From an uncultured Ruminococcus sp. (GTDB taxonomy: Bacteria > Bacillota > Clostridia > Oscillospirales > CAG-272): a DNA stretch of 45,123 nt. Under the pieces are notes generated by a model, which was not told where the DNA came from, did not search any database, and was given only the letters and a program-made list of their open reading frames with translations. How positions within the stretch are numbered: position 1 is the stretch's first letter; the number at the start of each line of letters is the position of its first letter. The position numbers and the translations under genes are program-made. The DNA lies in NCBI GenBank assembly GCA_902778205.1, contig CACYWX010000006.1, positions 1-45,123 of the forward strand. The letters run 5' to 3'. This document shows positions 26,316 to 35,810 of the stretch, piece after piece.

Positions 26316-27161
26316 TCAGTCCGCGGCGCATCCGGCCAGGGCGGCTCCCATGACCGTGCCGAAGGCGGAATGGGTCGGGATGATGAAATTCATGTCGAAC
26401 ATGACGTTCAGGGTGCTGAATATGGATTCCGCCTGAGGCACCCGGGACAGGTTTCCGGTCAGCACCACGTCCCGGACCCCGTGGTTCCGGGCGGCGAAGA
26501 TGGACACCATGCCGATGGTCTCGAACACCATGTTGATGATGCCGAGGGCGATGTCCGCGCGGGTGGCCAGATCGCTGACCTGCCCGAAGTTGGAGGCGGT
26601 CATGATGTCGGAGAAGCCCGGTACGATGTCGGTCTTGGTGATGTCCTTGATTTTCAGGTCCACCCGGTCCAGATTGCCGTCCTTCGCCAGCTCGGCGATG
26701 TGCTCCACGTTGTCCATGTTCAGCATTTTCTTGGACAGGCCCACCAGAGTGCCGCCGCCCACGCCCGTGCCGCCCAGATATTGCGGTTCCGCGCCTGCCT
26801 CGGCATAGACCAGGGCCGTGCCAGTGCCGCAGGAGGCGATGACCGCCCGCTCCAGACCGGAGAGGTAGAGGCCCCCCAGCCCGATGGACTTGAATTCGGC
26901 GATGGCCTCGCAGGGAAGGCCGTAGATGGGCTTGGAGAGATAGGACGAGCCCGCGCCGGTGACCATGACCTTCTTCACGTCGGAAAGCTCCAGGCCGTTT
27001 TTGTCCAGGAACTTGCCGAAGGCTCCGTAAATGGAGGTGATCGGGTCGGCGGCGCGGACGAAGATGGGTTCGATGAGACGGTTTCCGTCGTCGGCGGCGA
27101 AGCCCACGATTTTGGTGGTGCTCCCGCCGATGTCGATTCCGATGATGGTGCTCTCTGCCAT
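26316..27161 (-). CDS. coaW: type II pantothenate kinase
   Basis: IGIDIGGSTTKIV, SCGTGTALV, GGTGVGGGTLVGL, DLKIKDI and ASNFG line up with the Staphylococcus-type CoaW as I remember it (ASKHA fold). Confidence 0.75.
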   Translation of the reverse strand: MAESTIIGIDIGGSTTKIVGFAADDGNRLIEPIFVRAADPITSIYGAFGKFLDKNGLELSDVKKVMVTGAGSSYLSKPIYGLPCEAIAEFKSIGLGGLYLSGLERAVIASCGTGTALVYAEAGAEPQYLGGTGVGGGTLVGLSKKMLNMDNVEHIAELAKDGNLDRVDLKIKDITKTDIVPGFSDIMTASNFGQVSDLATRADIALGIINMVFETIGMVSIFAARNHGVRDVVLTGNLSRVPQAESIFSTLNVMFDMNFIIPTHSAFGTVMGAALAGCAAD

Positions 27162-27286
27162 GACAGACTGCTCCGGACTGTACAGATGATTTTTTTCATT
27201 GTACCATACGGAGCGGAAAAAATCAATGAGGCGGCAGAAATATTACATTTCAACACAGGTCTATTCACGAACGGAGGATGGATGAG

Positions 27287-28243
27287 ATGAAGCTTGGCGC
27301 AGAACAGCTCCGGGCGGCGGCGGCCGGGGCGGCGGAATGCGGAGAGGAGAACGGGATCCTTCGCTTGTCCAAGGTGACGGCGGAGCAGACGGAGGCGTGG
27401 AGGCGGGCCATGGAATGGATCGTGCCGAACGCACTGGCCACCACGGGGATCCGGCTGGATTTTCACACAGACTCTCCCTTCGTGCGGATCGAAACGGCCG
27501 GAGGGGCGAAGTTCGAGATCCTGACCGACGGCTTACTGACCGCGCAGTTCCGTCCCGTTGAGGGGGACCGGATCCTTGAGTCCGCCCTGCCGGAGGGGGA
27601 GCATCGGGTGACGGTGGTGTATCCCAGCCACGGGGAGCCCGGCGTGATCCGATCCGTGGAGCTGGCGGACGGATCCTCCTTCGCGCCTCATCGGACGAAG
27701 GAAAAGCTCCTGTTCCTCGGGGACTCCATCACCCAGGGGTGGAACTCCGTCTACGACAGCCTGTCCTTCGCCTGGCAGGTCACCCTGGCCCGGGACGCCG
27801 ACAGCGTGATCCAGGGAATCGGCGGGGCGGTGTTCCTGCCGGACTCTGTGACGGACTTCGGATACCAGCCCGATACGGTGGTCGCCGCCTGGGGCACCAA
27901 CGACTTCGGCTTTTATCGCACCCTTGGGGAGCTGGAGGAGCGGGCAGAGGAGACCTTCACCCGGATCCGGACGATTTACGCCGGTGCGCGGATCCTGGCC
28001 GTCACTCCCACCTGGAGGCGGGACGAGGGGGGTGACCGGGCCATGGGATCCTTTGCCGCGTGCCGGGAGCCGGTGAAAAAGGCGGCGGAGCGGACCGGGA
28101 TCGAGGTCCTGGACGGATATGCCATGTACCCCCACCGGGACGAATTCATGGCGGACGACGTGCATCCCAACGATCTGGGCTTTTCGCAGTACGCGGCCCA
28201 TCTGACGGAAGCGCTTCGGGCAGGGAAGGAGACAATATGCTGA
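27287..28243 (+). CDS. SGNH/GDSL-family hydrolase with N-terminal beta domain
   Basis: ATG at 27287 lies 9 nt after GGAGG (27273-27277). Block I is LLFLGDSITQGW and the catalytic end is DDVHPN. Confidence 0.75.
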   Translation: MKLGAEQLRAAAAGAAECGEENGILRLSKVTAEQTEAWRRAMEWIVPNALATTGIRLDFHTDSPFVRIETAGGAKFEILTDGLLTAQFRPVEGDRILESALPEGEHRVTVVYPSHGEPGVIRSVELADGSSFAPHRTKEKLLFLGDSITQGWNSVYDSLSFAWQVTLARDADSVIQGIGGAVFLPDSVTDFGYQPDTVVAAWGTNDFGFYRTLGELEERAEETFTRIRTIYAGARILAVTPTWRRDEGGDRAMGSFAACREPVKKAAERTGIEVLDGYAMYPHRDEFMADDVHPNDLGFSQYAAHLTEALRAGKETIC

Positions 28244-29097
28244 CAATACAGAACCGCGCGGAGGCCGGGGAACTGCTCCGCGCGAAGAAACTCTTCATAT
28301 TTGATATGGACGGCACCATCTATCTCGGGGGAAAGCCCTTTGATTTTGCCGTCCGGTTCATCGCAAGACTCCGGGAGAGCGGACGGCGGGTGCTGTTCTT
28401 CACCAACAACGCCTCCCACGATCCCGTGTTCTACATGGAGAAGCTGACCAGGCTGGGCTTTGCTCCCACCACGGAGGAGATCTGCACCTCCGGCAACGTG
28501 ACGGCGGCTTTTCTCACCCGGAAGCGGGCCGGAAAGCGGGTGTACCTGATGGGGACTCCCGAGCTGTGGCGGCAGTTCGAGTGGTTCGGGATCCCCATGG
28601 TGAACGGACCGGACGGGCGGCTGACGGATCCCTCCTCGCCGGAGCCGGACATCGTGGTGACCAGCTTCGACACGGGGCTGACCTACGAAAAGCTGACTCT
28701 GGCCTGCGATTTTATCCGGCACGGAGCGGAATATCTCTGCACCCATCCGGACTTCAACTGCCCCACGGAGACCGGCTTCATTCCGGACAGCGGAGCCATC
28801 GCGGCGGCTGTGACGGCCTCCACCGGCGTGACGCCCGTGTACTTCGGCAAGCCCTACCGGGAGACCGCCGAGATGATCGCGGAGATTACGGGGGAGACCA
28901 AGGACCGGATGATGATTTTCGGGGACCGGCTCTACACCGACATCGCCACCGGAAGACGGCACGGCATCTCGGCCACTCTGGTGCTGACCGGGGAGACCAC
29001 TATGGCGGACGTGGAGCGGGCGTCGGAGGCGGAGCGGCCCGATCTGCTGCTGCCGTCTCTGGCTGAGGCTGACGAGCTTTTGTTTTCAGGGAATTGA
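28237..29097 (+). CDS. HAD-IIA family hydrolase (NagD-like sugar-phosphate phosphatase)
   Basis: ATG at 28237 overlaps the upstream stop (ATGCTGA). Motifs FIFDMDGTIY, FFTNNAS, GKP and IFGDRLYTDI. Confidence 0.85.
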   Translation: MLTIQNRAEAGELLRAKKLFIFDMDGTIYLGGKPFDFAVRFIARLRESGRRVLFFTNNASHDPVFYMEKLTRLGFAPTTEEICTSGNVTAAFLTRKRAGKRVYLMGTPELWRQFEWFGIPMVNGPDGRLTDPSSPEPDIVVTSFDTGLTYEKLTLACDFIRHGAEYLCTHPDFNCPTETGFIPDSGAIAAAVTASTGVTPVYFGKPYRETAEMIAEITGETKDRMMIFGDRLYTDIATGRRHGISATLVLTGETTMADVERASEAERPDLLLPSLAEADELLFSGN

Positions 29098-29117
29098 GGA
29101 GCTTCAGCCGGGATGAA

Positions 29118-29139
29118 CCGGAGGAGCTTTTTCCTCCGG
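29118..29139. terminator. short hairpin between convergent HAD and spoIIP genes
   Basis: CCGGAGGA (29118-29125) pairs with TCCTCCGG (29132-29139), loop GCTTTT. No long U-tract. Confidence 0.4.
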
Positions 29140-29152
29140 GACCCGAACAGCT

Positions 29153-30517
29153 TCAGCCGTCTCCCCGGATCTCTCCGATCAGGGCGTCGGCCAGTAGATC
29201 CACGGCGGCCTCGGCCTCGTCCAGGGTACATCCCGCCGCTCCCGCCTCGATGAGCAGGGATCCCTTCGTGTACTGCTCATTGAAGGATGCAGAGCGCAGA
29301 TTCACGTCCCGCATGAGCGTGGGATAACGGGAAGAGAGGGCGGTCTGAAGCCTCAGGGCCAGGGCGAGATTGTCCCTCCAATCCGGATGCTCCGCGCCCG
29401 CCTCGTCGGTACCGACTACAAACATGAGCTGGGCGGTTCTCCTGCCGTTCACCTCCGTGACGGGGGCGTAGACCGTGCCGTCCGGAAAGGTCATGGAATC
29501 CCGGTGAAGGTCCAGTATGTAGGAGATCGACGGGGCCAGCTCCAGCGCGTCCCGGATGGCCCGGGCGGCGTTGTAGTAGGACAGGTTGAAGTCCGGCTCG
29601 TCGAAGAGCTCCGTCAGATGGAGCGCCGGAATGTCCGCCTCCCGGAGCCTGTCCGCCAGCCTCTCCCCCAAAGATACCACGGACAGGCCGGGATCCCGGC
29701 TCCTCCAGCCCTCGTCGGCGCACTCCGCGAAGGCCTCGGTGCCGTGGGTGTGCAGGATCAGCACCACGGGAGCCTCCGGGCCGAAGGTCTCCCGCAGAAC
29801 GGCAAGAGGCGGCACGGCCCGGGAACGCTCCAGCAGATCGGCGGGATCCGGCTCGTATCCGGTTTCGTTGGTGAAGCGGATCGGGTGAGGAATGACTCCG
29901 CCGTCCGCGTTTCCGCTCTCCTCATCCGCCGGCCCGTCGGGATCCTCCTCTCCGACGGGCTCCGGGACCGATTCCGCAGCCTCCGGAGACTGTTCCTCGG
30001 AATCTGCCTTCTCCGGACCCGCCGGGACAAGTAATGCGGGATCGGGGAGAGGAAGAGAGGCGGAATCCGGTGACGTCCTGTCCGACGGGTTGTCCGGGGA
30101 GGAAAGGGCGGCGGCGATGCGGTCCGCGCCTCCGAGAAAGGTTCCCGCCAGCGTCCGGACGATCCGCTCCCGGCTGAGGTCCGCCGAGCGGAGAAGGGAG
30201 ACCGCGGACAGCGCGAACACCAGGGCGGCCATCCCGGCCATGGCCCAGGGGAGCGCGATGCGGAGCCAGGTCAGGGACGGATGGATGCGGGAGGATGGCG
30301 GCGCGTCGGGCTCCGGATCCGTCGGCACGGTCTCTTCCGCGGCAGGCTCCGGCGAAAGAGCGCCCTCCGGTACGGGGGCTTCGTCGGGCACCGTGTCCCG
30401 GGAAGGCGTGTCCGCGGGCTCCGGTACGGCGGGATCCTCTCCCGGTTCGGATGGGACCGTTTCCGGCTCCGGTCCGGGAAGGAGGGCGGCTGGGACGTTC
30501 GGTTCCGGTTCGGTCAT
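29153..30517 (-). CDS. spoIIP: stage II sporulation protein P (SpoIIP) with long Pro/Glu-rich N-terminus
   Basis: C-terminal domain VVLILHTHGTEAF...ILDLHRDS...LMFVVGTDE...NEQYTKGSLLIEAGAAGCTLDEA matches the SpoIIP amidase family. One TM segment (WLRIALPWAMAGMAALVFALSAVSLL). Confidence 0.85.
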   Translation of the reverse strand: MTEPEPNVPAALLPGPEPETVPSEPGEDPAVPEPADTPSRDTVPDEAPVPEGALSPEPAAEETVPTDPEPDAPPSSRIHPSLTWLRIALPWAMAGMAALVFALSAVSLLRSADLSRERIVRTLAGTFLGGADRIAAALSSPDNPSDRTSPDSASLPLPDPALLVPAGPEKADSEEQSPEAAESVPEPVGEEDPDGPADEESGNADGGVIPHPIRFTNETGYEPDPADLLERSRAVPPLAVLRETFGPEAPVVLILHTHGTEAFAECADEGWRSRDPGLSVVSLGERLADRLREADIPALHLTELFDEPDFNLSYYNAARAIRDALELAPSISYILDLHRDSMTFPDGTVYAPVTEVNGRRTAQLMFVVGTDEAGAEHPDWRDNLALALRLQTALSSRYPTLMRDVNLRSASFNEQYTKGSLLIEAGAAGCTLDEAEAAVDLLADALIGEIRGDG

Positions 30518-30552
30518 GGCGGCTCCTGTGCATGCTTCGGTTCTGCATCAGA

Positions 30553-31404
30553 CTATGCGCCGGAGGAGGAGGGCATGAGGCCGTCCGGCATATTTCCCGT
30601 GAAGGCGGCGTTGACGGCCTGGGCGATGAGGGAGGCGTAGCAGGTCACCATGGTGTCCGTATCCGCCCGGCTCACGAACAGGGGGCCGTCTTCCTCCGCT
30701 CCCTCCGACGGGGACGCGGATCCCGGCAGCGGGGCGTTCAGGGCCGAGGCGCGGACCACGGTGGGAATGCCGACGGAGAGGACGGGGCAGGGCATGGTCC
30801 GCCGGCTGATCTCTCCGGAGGAGTGGCGCAAGGCCGAGCCCGGGATCAGTCCGCAGTCGGTGATCTGGGCCACGGTTCCGAGACGGGAGCCGCTTCTGGC
30901 GCACAGAGAATCCACCGTCACGATGAGGACCGCGGAGGAGACTCCGGCCAGGGCCCGCACCGTGTCCGCCGTGTCGATGCCCGTGTCCCGGGGAACGCCC
31001 GTCCGGACGGCGCAGACCGCGGGGATCCCAGCCTCCCGCATAGCGGGATCGGAGGCCAGCACCCGGGATACGGTCCGCGGTCCCAGGGCGTCGGCCGAGG
31101 CGTTTTCGTTCCCGACGCCGCACACCAGAAAGGGACCCTGCCGGGGGATCCCCATGCGGCGGCGGTACCGGATCAGGATAGCCGAGAGGGCCCGGACGAA
31201 CCGGCGGCGGGCTTCCGGAGGATCCAGCCAGAGGGTCCCGCAGAAGAGACTGCGGCATCCTCCCTCCTCCCCCTCCGACTCCGAGACGGAGAAGCCCTCG
31301 AGGGAAGAGGACGCCGCCGGGCCGAACCGGAGCGGACGCGCGGTCTCGAAGGCCTCTCCGGCTCCGTTTTCCCATTCGATGAAGAGGTCGCTTTCCCGGG
31401 TCAT
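30553..31404 (-). CDS. gpr: GPR endopeptidase (spore germination protease)
   Basis: FLVCGVGNENASADALGPRTV, TGIDTADTV, VDSLCARSGSRLGTVAQITDCGLIPGS and PVLSVGIPTVV match GPR family blocks. The gpr-spoIIP adjacency is the usual arrangement in spore formers. Confidence 0.8.
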   Translation of the reverse strand: MTRESDLFIEWENGAGEAFETARPLRFGPAASSSLEGFSVSESEGEEGGCRSLFCGTLWLDPPEARRRFVRALSAILIRYRRRMGIPRQGPFLVCGVGNENASADALGPRTVSRVLASDPAMREAGIPAVCAVRTGVPRDTGIDTADTVRALAGVSSAVLIVTVDSLCARSGSRLGTVAQITDCGLIPGSALRHSSGEISRRTMPCPVLSVGIPTVVRASALNAPLPGSASPSEGAEEDGPLFVSRADTDTMVTCYASLIAQAVNAAFTGNMPDGLMPSSSGA

Positions 31405-31597
31405 GAAGCCTCCTTCGGGGGAGTCCGGGCCGGGTTTCGCGCGCCGGAGAGCCCCGCTTGTGTTCTTTACCGGAAGGATACCCCGCGGATGGCAGGATCA
31501 TACGGGCAAAACGGGGAAAACTGTGTGGATACTGCACAAAAATTACGCTTGTAATTGTGCATGTGGATGAAACTTGACCGTTCATTCAAAGAATATG

Positions 31598-31626
31598 TTG
31601 ATTCTCCCGGAAAAAAGTGTTATAAT
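31598..31626 (+). promoter_or_regulatory. sigma-A type promoter of the peptide-binding lipoprotein gene
   Basis: TTGATT (31598-31603), 17-nt spacer ending in TGT, then TATAAT (31621-31626). Confidence 0.65.
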
Positions 31627-31698
31627 ATGGTGAGTGTAAATAACCCCGCATCAAAATGGGCGTCAGTCCGGCGCCGAAACAGGAGGAAAGACAGAATC

Positions 31699-33495
31699 AT
31701 GAAAAAGGTGTTGTCCCTGATCCTTTGCGCGGTGATGCTTGCATCCGCCCTCGCAGGATGCACCACGCTGGAAAAGACCGAGACCGGCGACTACGACAAA
31801 GGCGCTATCATCGACATGTATTTCACCACCGAGGTGTTCGATTTAGATCCTCAGCGCAGCATCATCGACGATGCCCAGCTCAAGATCATGAGCCAGATCT
31901 ATGAAGGCCTGACCAGACTTGACGAGAACGGCAAGTGGAAAAAGGCCGGCATGAAGAGCTACAAGATCGACAAGAACAAGGACGGCGAATTCGTCATTCT
32001 CGTCACCCTCAACTACAACCGCTGGAGCGACGGCCGTACCGTCCAGGCCTCCGACTACGTCTATGCCTGGAAGCGGATCCTGGAGCCGGACAACGCCTGC
32101 GAAGCCGCATCCCTTCTGTACGAAGTGAAGAACGCCCGCGCCATCAAGGAAGGCGACCGCACCGTGGACGACCTGGGCGTGGCTGCCGTCGATACCTACA
32201 CCCTCGAGATCAAGTTCGAGGAGAAGGTTGACCTGGACCAGTTCTTCGAGACCACCTCGTCCATCGCCCTGGTTCCCCTCCGCGAGGACGTCATCACCCG
32301 TTACGTGAACGACAAGACCGGCGAGGACCAGTGGGCCTGCAAGGGTACCTACATTGTCACCAACGGTCCCTTCTGCCCGAAGGAAATGGTGGGCGGCTCC
32401 GTGCTGAGACTGGAGCGCTCCTCCTACTACTACACCAACCCCGACAAGGACGAGGTTCCCGACAAGTTCGTCATCCCCTACCGCCTCCTGACCAAGTACG
32501 AGACCGGCAACGCGGAGGCCCAGCTGATGGCCCTCACCAGCGGCAACCTGTTCTACGACGGCGAGCTGCCTCTCTCAGCCCGCGCCCAGTACGCCTCCAG
32601 CGCGACCGTCAGCGACATGATGGTGACCCACACCTACGTGTTCAACACCACCAATCCCCTGTTTGAAAAGGCTGAGGTCCGCCGCGCCCTGTCCATGGCC
32701 ATCGATCGGAACCAGATCGTGAACATCGTGACCTTCGCCAAGCCCGCCACCGGCTACATCCCCTACAGAGTCTTCGACTCCACCAACGGAACCTCCTTCC
32801 GTGACGCGGGCGGCGCCCTGATTTCCTCCTCCGCCGACACCGCCGGAGCGAAGAGCCTCCTGCAGAGCGCGGGCGTGACCTCCGGGTCCTTCACCCTGAC
32901 CGTCCGCAACAACGAGGTCGACATGGCCGTGGCCGATTACGTGGCCGGCGTGTGGAACGACCTGGGCTTCAACGTCACCGTGGAAGCGGTGAAGGGCACC
33001 GTGAACGCCGAAGACAACGTCATCACCAACGACAACTTCCAGAAGCTCTACGACAACGGCAGCTTCGACGTCATCGCCATCGACATGACCATGCTGGCTC
33101 CCGACGCCTTCAACGCCCTGTCCCAGTTCGCGGTTTCCTACTCCGGCAACGGCGTGGACATGGATTCCGAGACCTACGACCTCTACGGACACATCACCGG
33201 CTATTCCAACCCCGACTACGACGCCATCATCGATCAGGCTTACGCCGAGAAGGACAGAGCCGCCAGAGCCTCCTACCTGCATCAGGCCGAGACCAAGCTC
33301 CTGGAAGACATGCCCGTGATCCCGCTGGTGTTCCTGCAGGATGCCTACATCTACACCGACGCCCTCTCCGGCATCAAGAGCGACTACTACGCCACGAGAA
33401 ACTTCAAGAAGACCCAGCTCAAGGATTACATGACCTACAAGGCCAAGACCGATACCATTGACGCCGCGGCCGCCGAATCCGAAATCGCCGGCTGA
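31699..33495 (+). CDS. ABC transporter substrate-binding lipoprotein, family 5 (OppA/DppA-like); no permease or ATPase genes nearby
   Basis: ATG at 31699 follows AGGAGGAAAG. Lipobox LASALAGC. Family-5 SBP blocks (IYEGLTRLDENG, WSDGRTVQASDYVYAWKR, NGPF, YVFNTTNPLF, VRRALSMAIDR). Confidence 0.85.
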   Translation: MKKVLSLILCAVMLASALAGCTTLEKTETGDYDKGAIIDMYFTTEVFDLDPQRSIIDDAQLKIMSQIYEGLTRLDENGKWKKAGMKSYKIDKNKDGEFVILVTLNYNRWSDGRTVQASDYVYAWKRILEPDNACEAASLLYEVKNARAIKEGDRTVDDLGVAAVDTYTLEIKFEEKVDLDQFFETTSSIALVPLREDVITRYVNDKTGEDQWACKGTYIVTNGPFCPKEMVGGSVLRLERSSYYYTNPDKDEVPDKFVIPYRLLTKYETGNAEAQLMALTSGNLFYDGELPLSARAQYASSATVSDMMVTHTYVFNTTNPLFEKAEVRRALSMAIDRNQIVNIVTFAKPATGYIPYRVFDSTNGTSFRDAGGALISSSADTAGAKSLLQSAGVTSGSFTLTVRNNEVDMAVADYVAGVWNDLGFNVTVEAVKGTVNAEDNVITNDNFQKLYDNGSFDVIAIDMTMLAPDAFNALSQFAVSYSGNGVDMDSETYDLYGHITGYSNPDYDAIIDQAYAEKDRAARASYLHQAETKLLEDMPVIPLVFLQDAYIYTDALSGIKSDYYATRNFKKTQLKDYMTYKAKTDTIDAAAAESEIAG

Positions 33496-33540
33496 TCCGA
33501 AGAAGCGCCGAACGAACATCAACAGAAGACGGACTGAGAG

Positions 33541-33575
33541 AAAACGGGGAGCCTTCGACTTCCCGTTTTCGTTTG
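33541..33575 (+). terminator. rho-independent terminator
   Basis: AAAACGGG (33541-33548) pairs with CCCGTTTT (33562-33569), followed by CGTTTG. Confidence 0.7.
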
Positions 33576-33594
33576 TCCGCATTGGGAGGCTTAC

Positions 33595-34353
33595 ATGCCG
33601 GAAACTTTCCATTCCTCCGAGCAGGTACAGGTGTTCATTCTCTACCTGCTGGAGAAGATCGGCTATCCGCTGGAATACAACGATCTGGCCAGCATTGTGC
33701 TGCGGGACGGATACGTCGATTATTTCGATTTTGTCAAGAATTTTCACGATCTGCTGGAAAAGGGCCACATTCGCGCCGTTGAGACCGAGGCGTCCGAAGA
33801 TTCCGGCGAGGAGTCCGACGGGGATGCGGGAAATGAGACTCCCGCCGAACCGGAGCGCTCCGCCGCGGGACCGGAGGAGACCGGGAGTCCCGATCCGGCG
33901 GCGGAGAACGGGAAGGGCCCGGATCCCGATGACGAATCGGACGGAGACGTGAAGCTCTACGGACCGGCGGAGAAGGAGGAGACGTCCCGCGAAGAGGAAA
34001 AGCAGACCTCCTACGCGGTGACCTCCACAGGACGGATGATCGCCCGGGGGCTGTCCGACGATCTTCTGCTGGCCGCGGTCCGGGAGAAAAGCTACATCAG
34101 CGCCATGCGGCACCTATCCCTGGAGAAGCGCGGCGCGGTCTGGAACCACTCCGTGGAAAAGGATGGGGAGGGGTACGTGTTCCACTGCTCCATCCGGGAC
34201 CGGGACGGCCTGGCCTTCCATCTGGACCTGCGGGCGGATTCCTATCCGCAGGCCGAGCGGATGCGGATGAATTTCGAGGACAAGCCCGACGTGGTGTACC
34301 GCGGCATCGTGGCCATGGTGACCGGGAACGTCAATTACCTGTTTGAAAAATAG
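33595..34353 (+). CDS. DUF4364-family protein (winged-helix-like) with a ~75-aa acidic insertion
   Basis: ATG follows GGGAGG. The N-terminus EQVQVFILYLLEKIGYPLEYNDLASIVLRDGYVDYFDFVKNFHDLLEKGHI fits DUF4364 as I remember it. The central D/E/P/G-rich stretch is not typical of the family. Confidence 0.65.
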   Translation: MPETFHSSEQVQVFILYLLEKIGYPLEYNDLASIVLRDGYVDYFDFVKNFHDLLEKGHIRAVETEASEDSGEESDGDAGNETPAEPERSAAGPEETGSPDPAAENGKGPDPDDESDGDVKLYGPAEKEETSREEEKQTSYAVTSTGRMIARGLSDDLLLAAVREKSYISAMRHLSLEKRGAVWNHSVEKDGEGYVFHCSIRDRDGLAFHLDLRADSYPQAERMRMNFEDKPDVVYRGIVAMVTGNVNYLFEK

Positions 34354-34480
34354 AGAAGCGAATGCATGGATCGGACGATAAAATCGTCGGTTTATGAGGA
34401 CAGGTTGTGCAGAATGAGCGCACAGTTCAGAAAAGAGTCATAAATTCCGTAAAAAAATTAAAGAAAATTGAAACATGTAC

Positions 34481-34508
34481 TTGACAAAATCCAACAGTGT
34501 GATATAAT
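34481..34508 (+). promoter_or_regulatory. sigma-A type promoter with extended -10
   Basis: TTGACA (34481-34486), 16-nt spacer ending in TGA, then TATAAT (34503-34508), in an AT-rich intergenic region. Confidence 0.7.
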
Positions 34509-34543
34509 GGGAGCAGAATTCAGAAACACGAACGGAGCGGTTT

Positions 34544-35152
34544 TTGGATAATTCGGATGAAATCCGCGCCCTGCCCGACGAACGTCTCATAGAGATGCTC
34601 CGGTCGGGGGAGGAAGCGGCGTTCGGCGTGCTGGCGGATCGCTACAGACCCATGACGGACAATGCCGTCAAGCGGTTTGAACCGTCCTTTTCCGGACTGG
34701 AGGGGGACGCTGTGTGGGGGGAAGACGATCTGAAGCAGTCGGCCGCGCTGGCTCTTTACCGGGCCGCCATGACCTACGATCCCGAAAAAAAAGGAGCGGA
34801 GGTGCGGTTCGGCCTCTACGCGAAGATCTGTGTCAACAACGCCCTGATTTCGGAGCTGCGGAAGGCAAAGACCGAAGCGGAGAGGAGAAGGCGGAGGCGG
34901 GAGCAGGAGAGAAACACGCCGAAGCGGGACGATCCTCTCGAACAGCTGATTTCCTCCGAACAGTCAAAGGCTCTGACCGGGGCCATCCGTTCCGCGCTCA
35001 CGCCGCTTGAGCGAAGCGTGTTTGACCGTTATATTACAGGTATGTCCGTTGAACAGATCGCCGGGGCGCTCGGCCGGACCAGCAAATCCGTCAGCAACGC
35101 GCTGTATCGCATGAAGGTTAAGATCAAAGGACTACTGCAGACCAAATTTTGA
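34544..35152 (+). CDS. sigma-70 family RNA polymerase sigma factor, SigH-like
   Basis: TTG start at 34544 (GGAG 8 nt upstream). Region 2-like LYRAAMTYDPEK...FGLYAKICVNNALISELRK and region 4 LTPLERSVFDRYITGMSVEQIAGALGRTSKSVSNALYRMKVKIK, which resembles the SigH KSIDNALQRVKRK signature. Subfamily call is tentative. Confidence 0.7.
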   Translation: MDNSDEIRALPDERLIEMLRSGEEAAFGVLADRYRPMTDNAVKRFEPSFSGLEGDAVWGEDDLKQSAALALYRAAMTYDPEKKGAEVRFGLYAKICVNNALISELRKAKTEAERRRRRREQERNTPKRDDPLEQLISSEQSKALTGAIRSALTPLERSVFDRYITGMSVEQIAGALGRTSKSVSNALYRMKVKIKGLLQTKF

Positions 35153-35345
35153 TTTTATTTCCCGAAAGGGAACTAAAATAGCGGAAGAGCCGACCTGTGG
35201 GCGTACCCCGTGCGGTGCGCGGCAGCCGGTTTCCGTTCAATCGCCCGGATAGCTTAACTCAATAGCGTTGTTGTCAAAGGTGACGGTACGAGTCCGCGGA
35301 GGGCACAAAATTCAAACGCCGGCAAGGCAAAGCGAGGAAAGAGAA

Positions 35346-35624
35346 ATGTTTGAGGACAAGACCTTAAAGTGTAAGGAATGCGGCAACGAATTCGTGTTCT
35401 CCGCAGGCGAGCAGGAATTCTACGCGGAAAAGGGCTTCCAGAACGAGCCCCAGAGATGCAAGGCGTGCCGTGACAAGAGAAAGAACGCGGGCCGCGAACA
35501 GAAGGAAATGTTCGACGCCGTCTGTGCGGAATGCGGCAAGCCCTGCAAGATTCCGTTCCAGCCCACCAGCGACAGACCGGTGTACTGCAGCGAATGCTTC
35601 GAGGCCAGACGGGCTCTCCGGTAA
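35346..35624 (+). CDS. CxxC-x17-CxxC zinc-ribbon protein (double zinc ribbon, TIGR04272-like)
   Basis: ATG at 35346 follows GAGGAAAG. MFEDKTLKCKECGNEFVFSAGEQEFYAEKGFQNEPQRCKACR...CAECGKPCKIPFQPTSDRPVYCSECF is the typical sequence of this small family. Confidence 0.8.
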   Translation: MFEDKTLKCKECGNEFVFSAGEQEFYAEKGFQNEPQRCKACRDKRKNAGREQKEMFDAVCAECGKPCKIPFQPTSDRPVYCSECFEARRALR

Positions 35625-35678
35625 TCGCGAAAGCGCCTGAACAGCCAAAGGTCCGGGCATTCCAATTCACGGAAACAG

Positions 35679-35708
35679 AAAAAAGACGCGGATTCCGCGT
35701 CTTTTTTT
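35679..35708 (+). terminator. rho-independent terminator
   Basis: AAAAAAGACGCGG / CCGCGTCTTTTTTT (35679-35708), a perfect stem with a 3-nt loop and a long T-run. Confidence 0.9.
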
Positions 35709-35810
35709 GTTAATTGCAAAAAATCTCTGTACAAACCGGGGAATGTGTGGTATAATCAACATGAGTCAATATATAAAGGCGAATTTTGCTTATTCGCGGA
35801 AAGCGGCGGC

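Noticed and set aside
29100-29159. 11-bp direct repeats (AGCTTCAGCCG) flanking a small hairpin, considered as a MITE-like insertion with target-site duplication
   Set aside because: The enclosed segment is only 38 bp with an 8-bp stem and no terminal inverted repeats. One repeat overlaps the spoIIP stop codon. A chance repeat around a convergent terminator hairpin is more likely.
35153-35345. 193-nt non-coding gap between the sigma factor gene and the zinc-ribbon gene, considered as a riboswitch or small RNA
   Set aside because: I could not recognise any known riboswitch core or a convincing terminator/antiterminator pair. Only a weak imperfect hairpin (35157-35180) is present. This is not enough evidence to call a feature, though an Rfam scan would settle it.
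35745-35810. Upstream extension of rlmB from the GTG at 35745 given in the ORF track
   Set aside because: The GTG lies inside the TGGTATAAT extended -10 element, so the extension would begin upstream of the likely transcription start. The ATG at 35811 is the first start compatible with the promoter.
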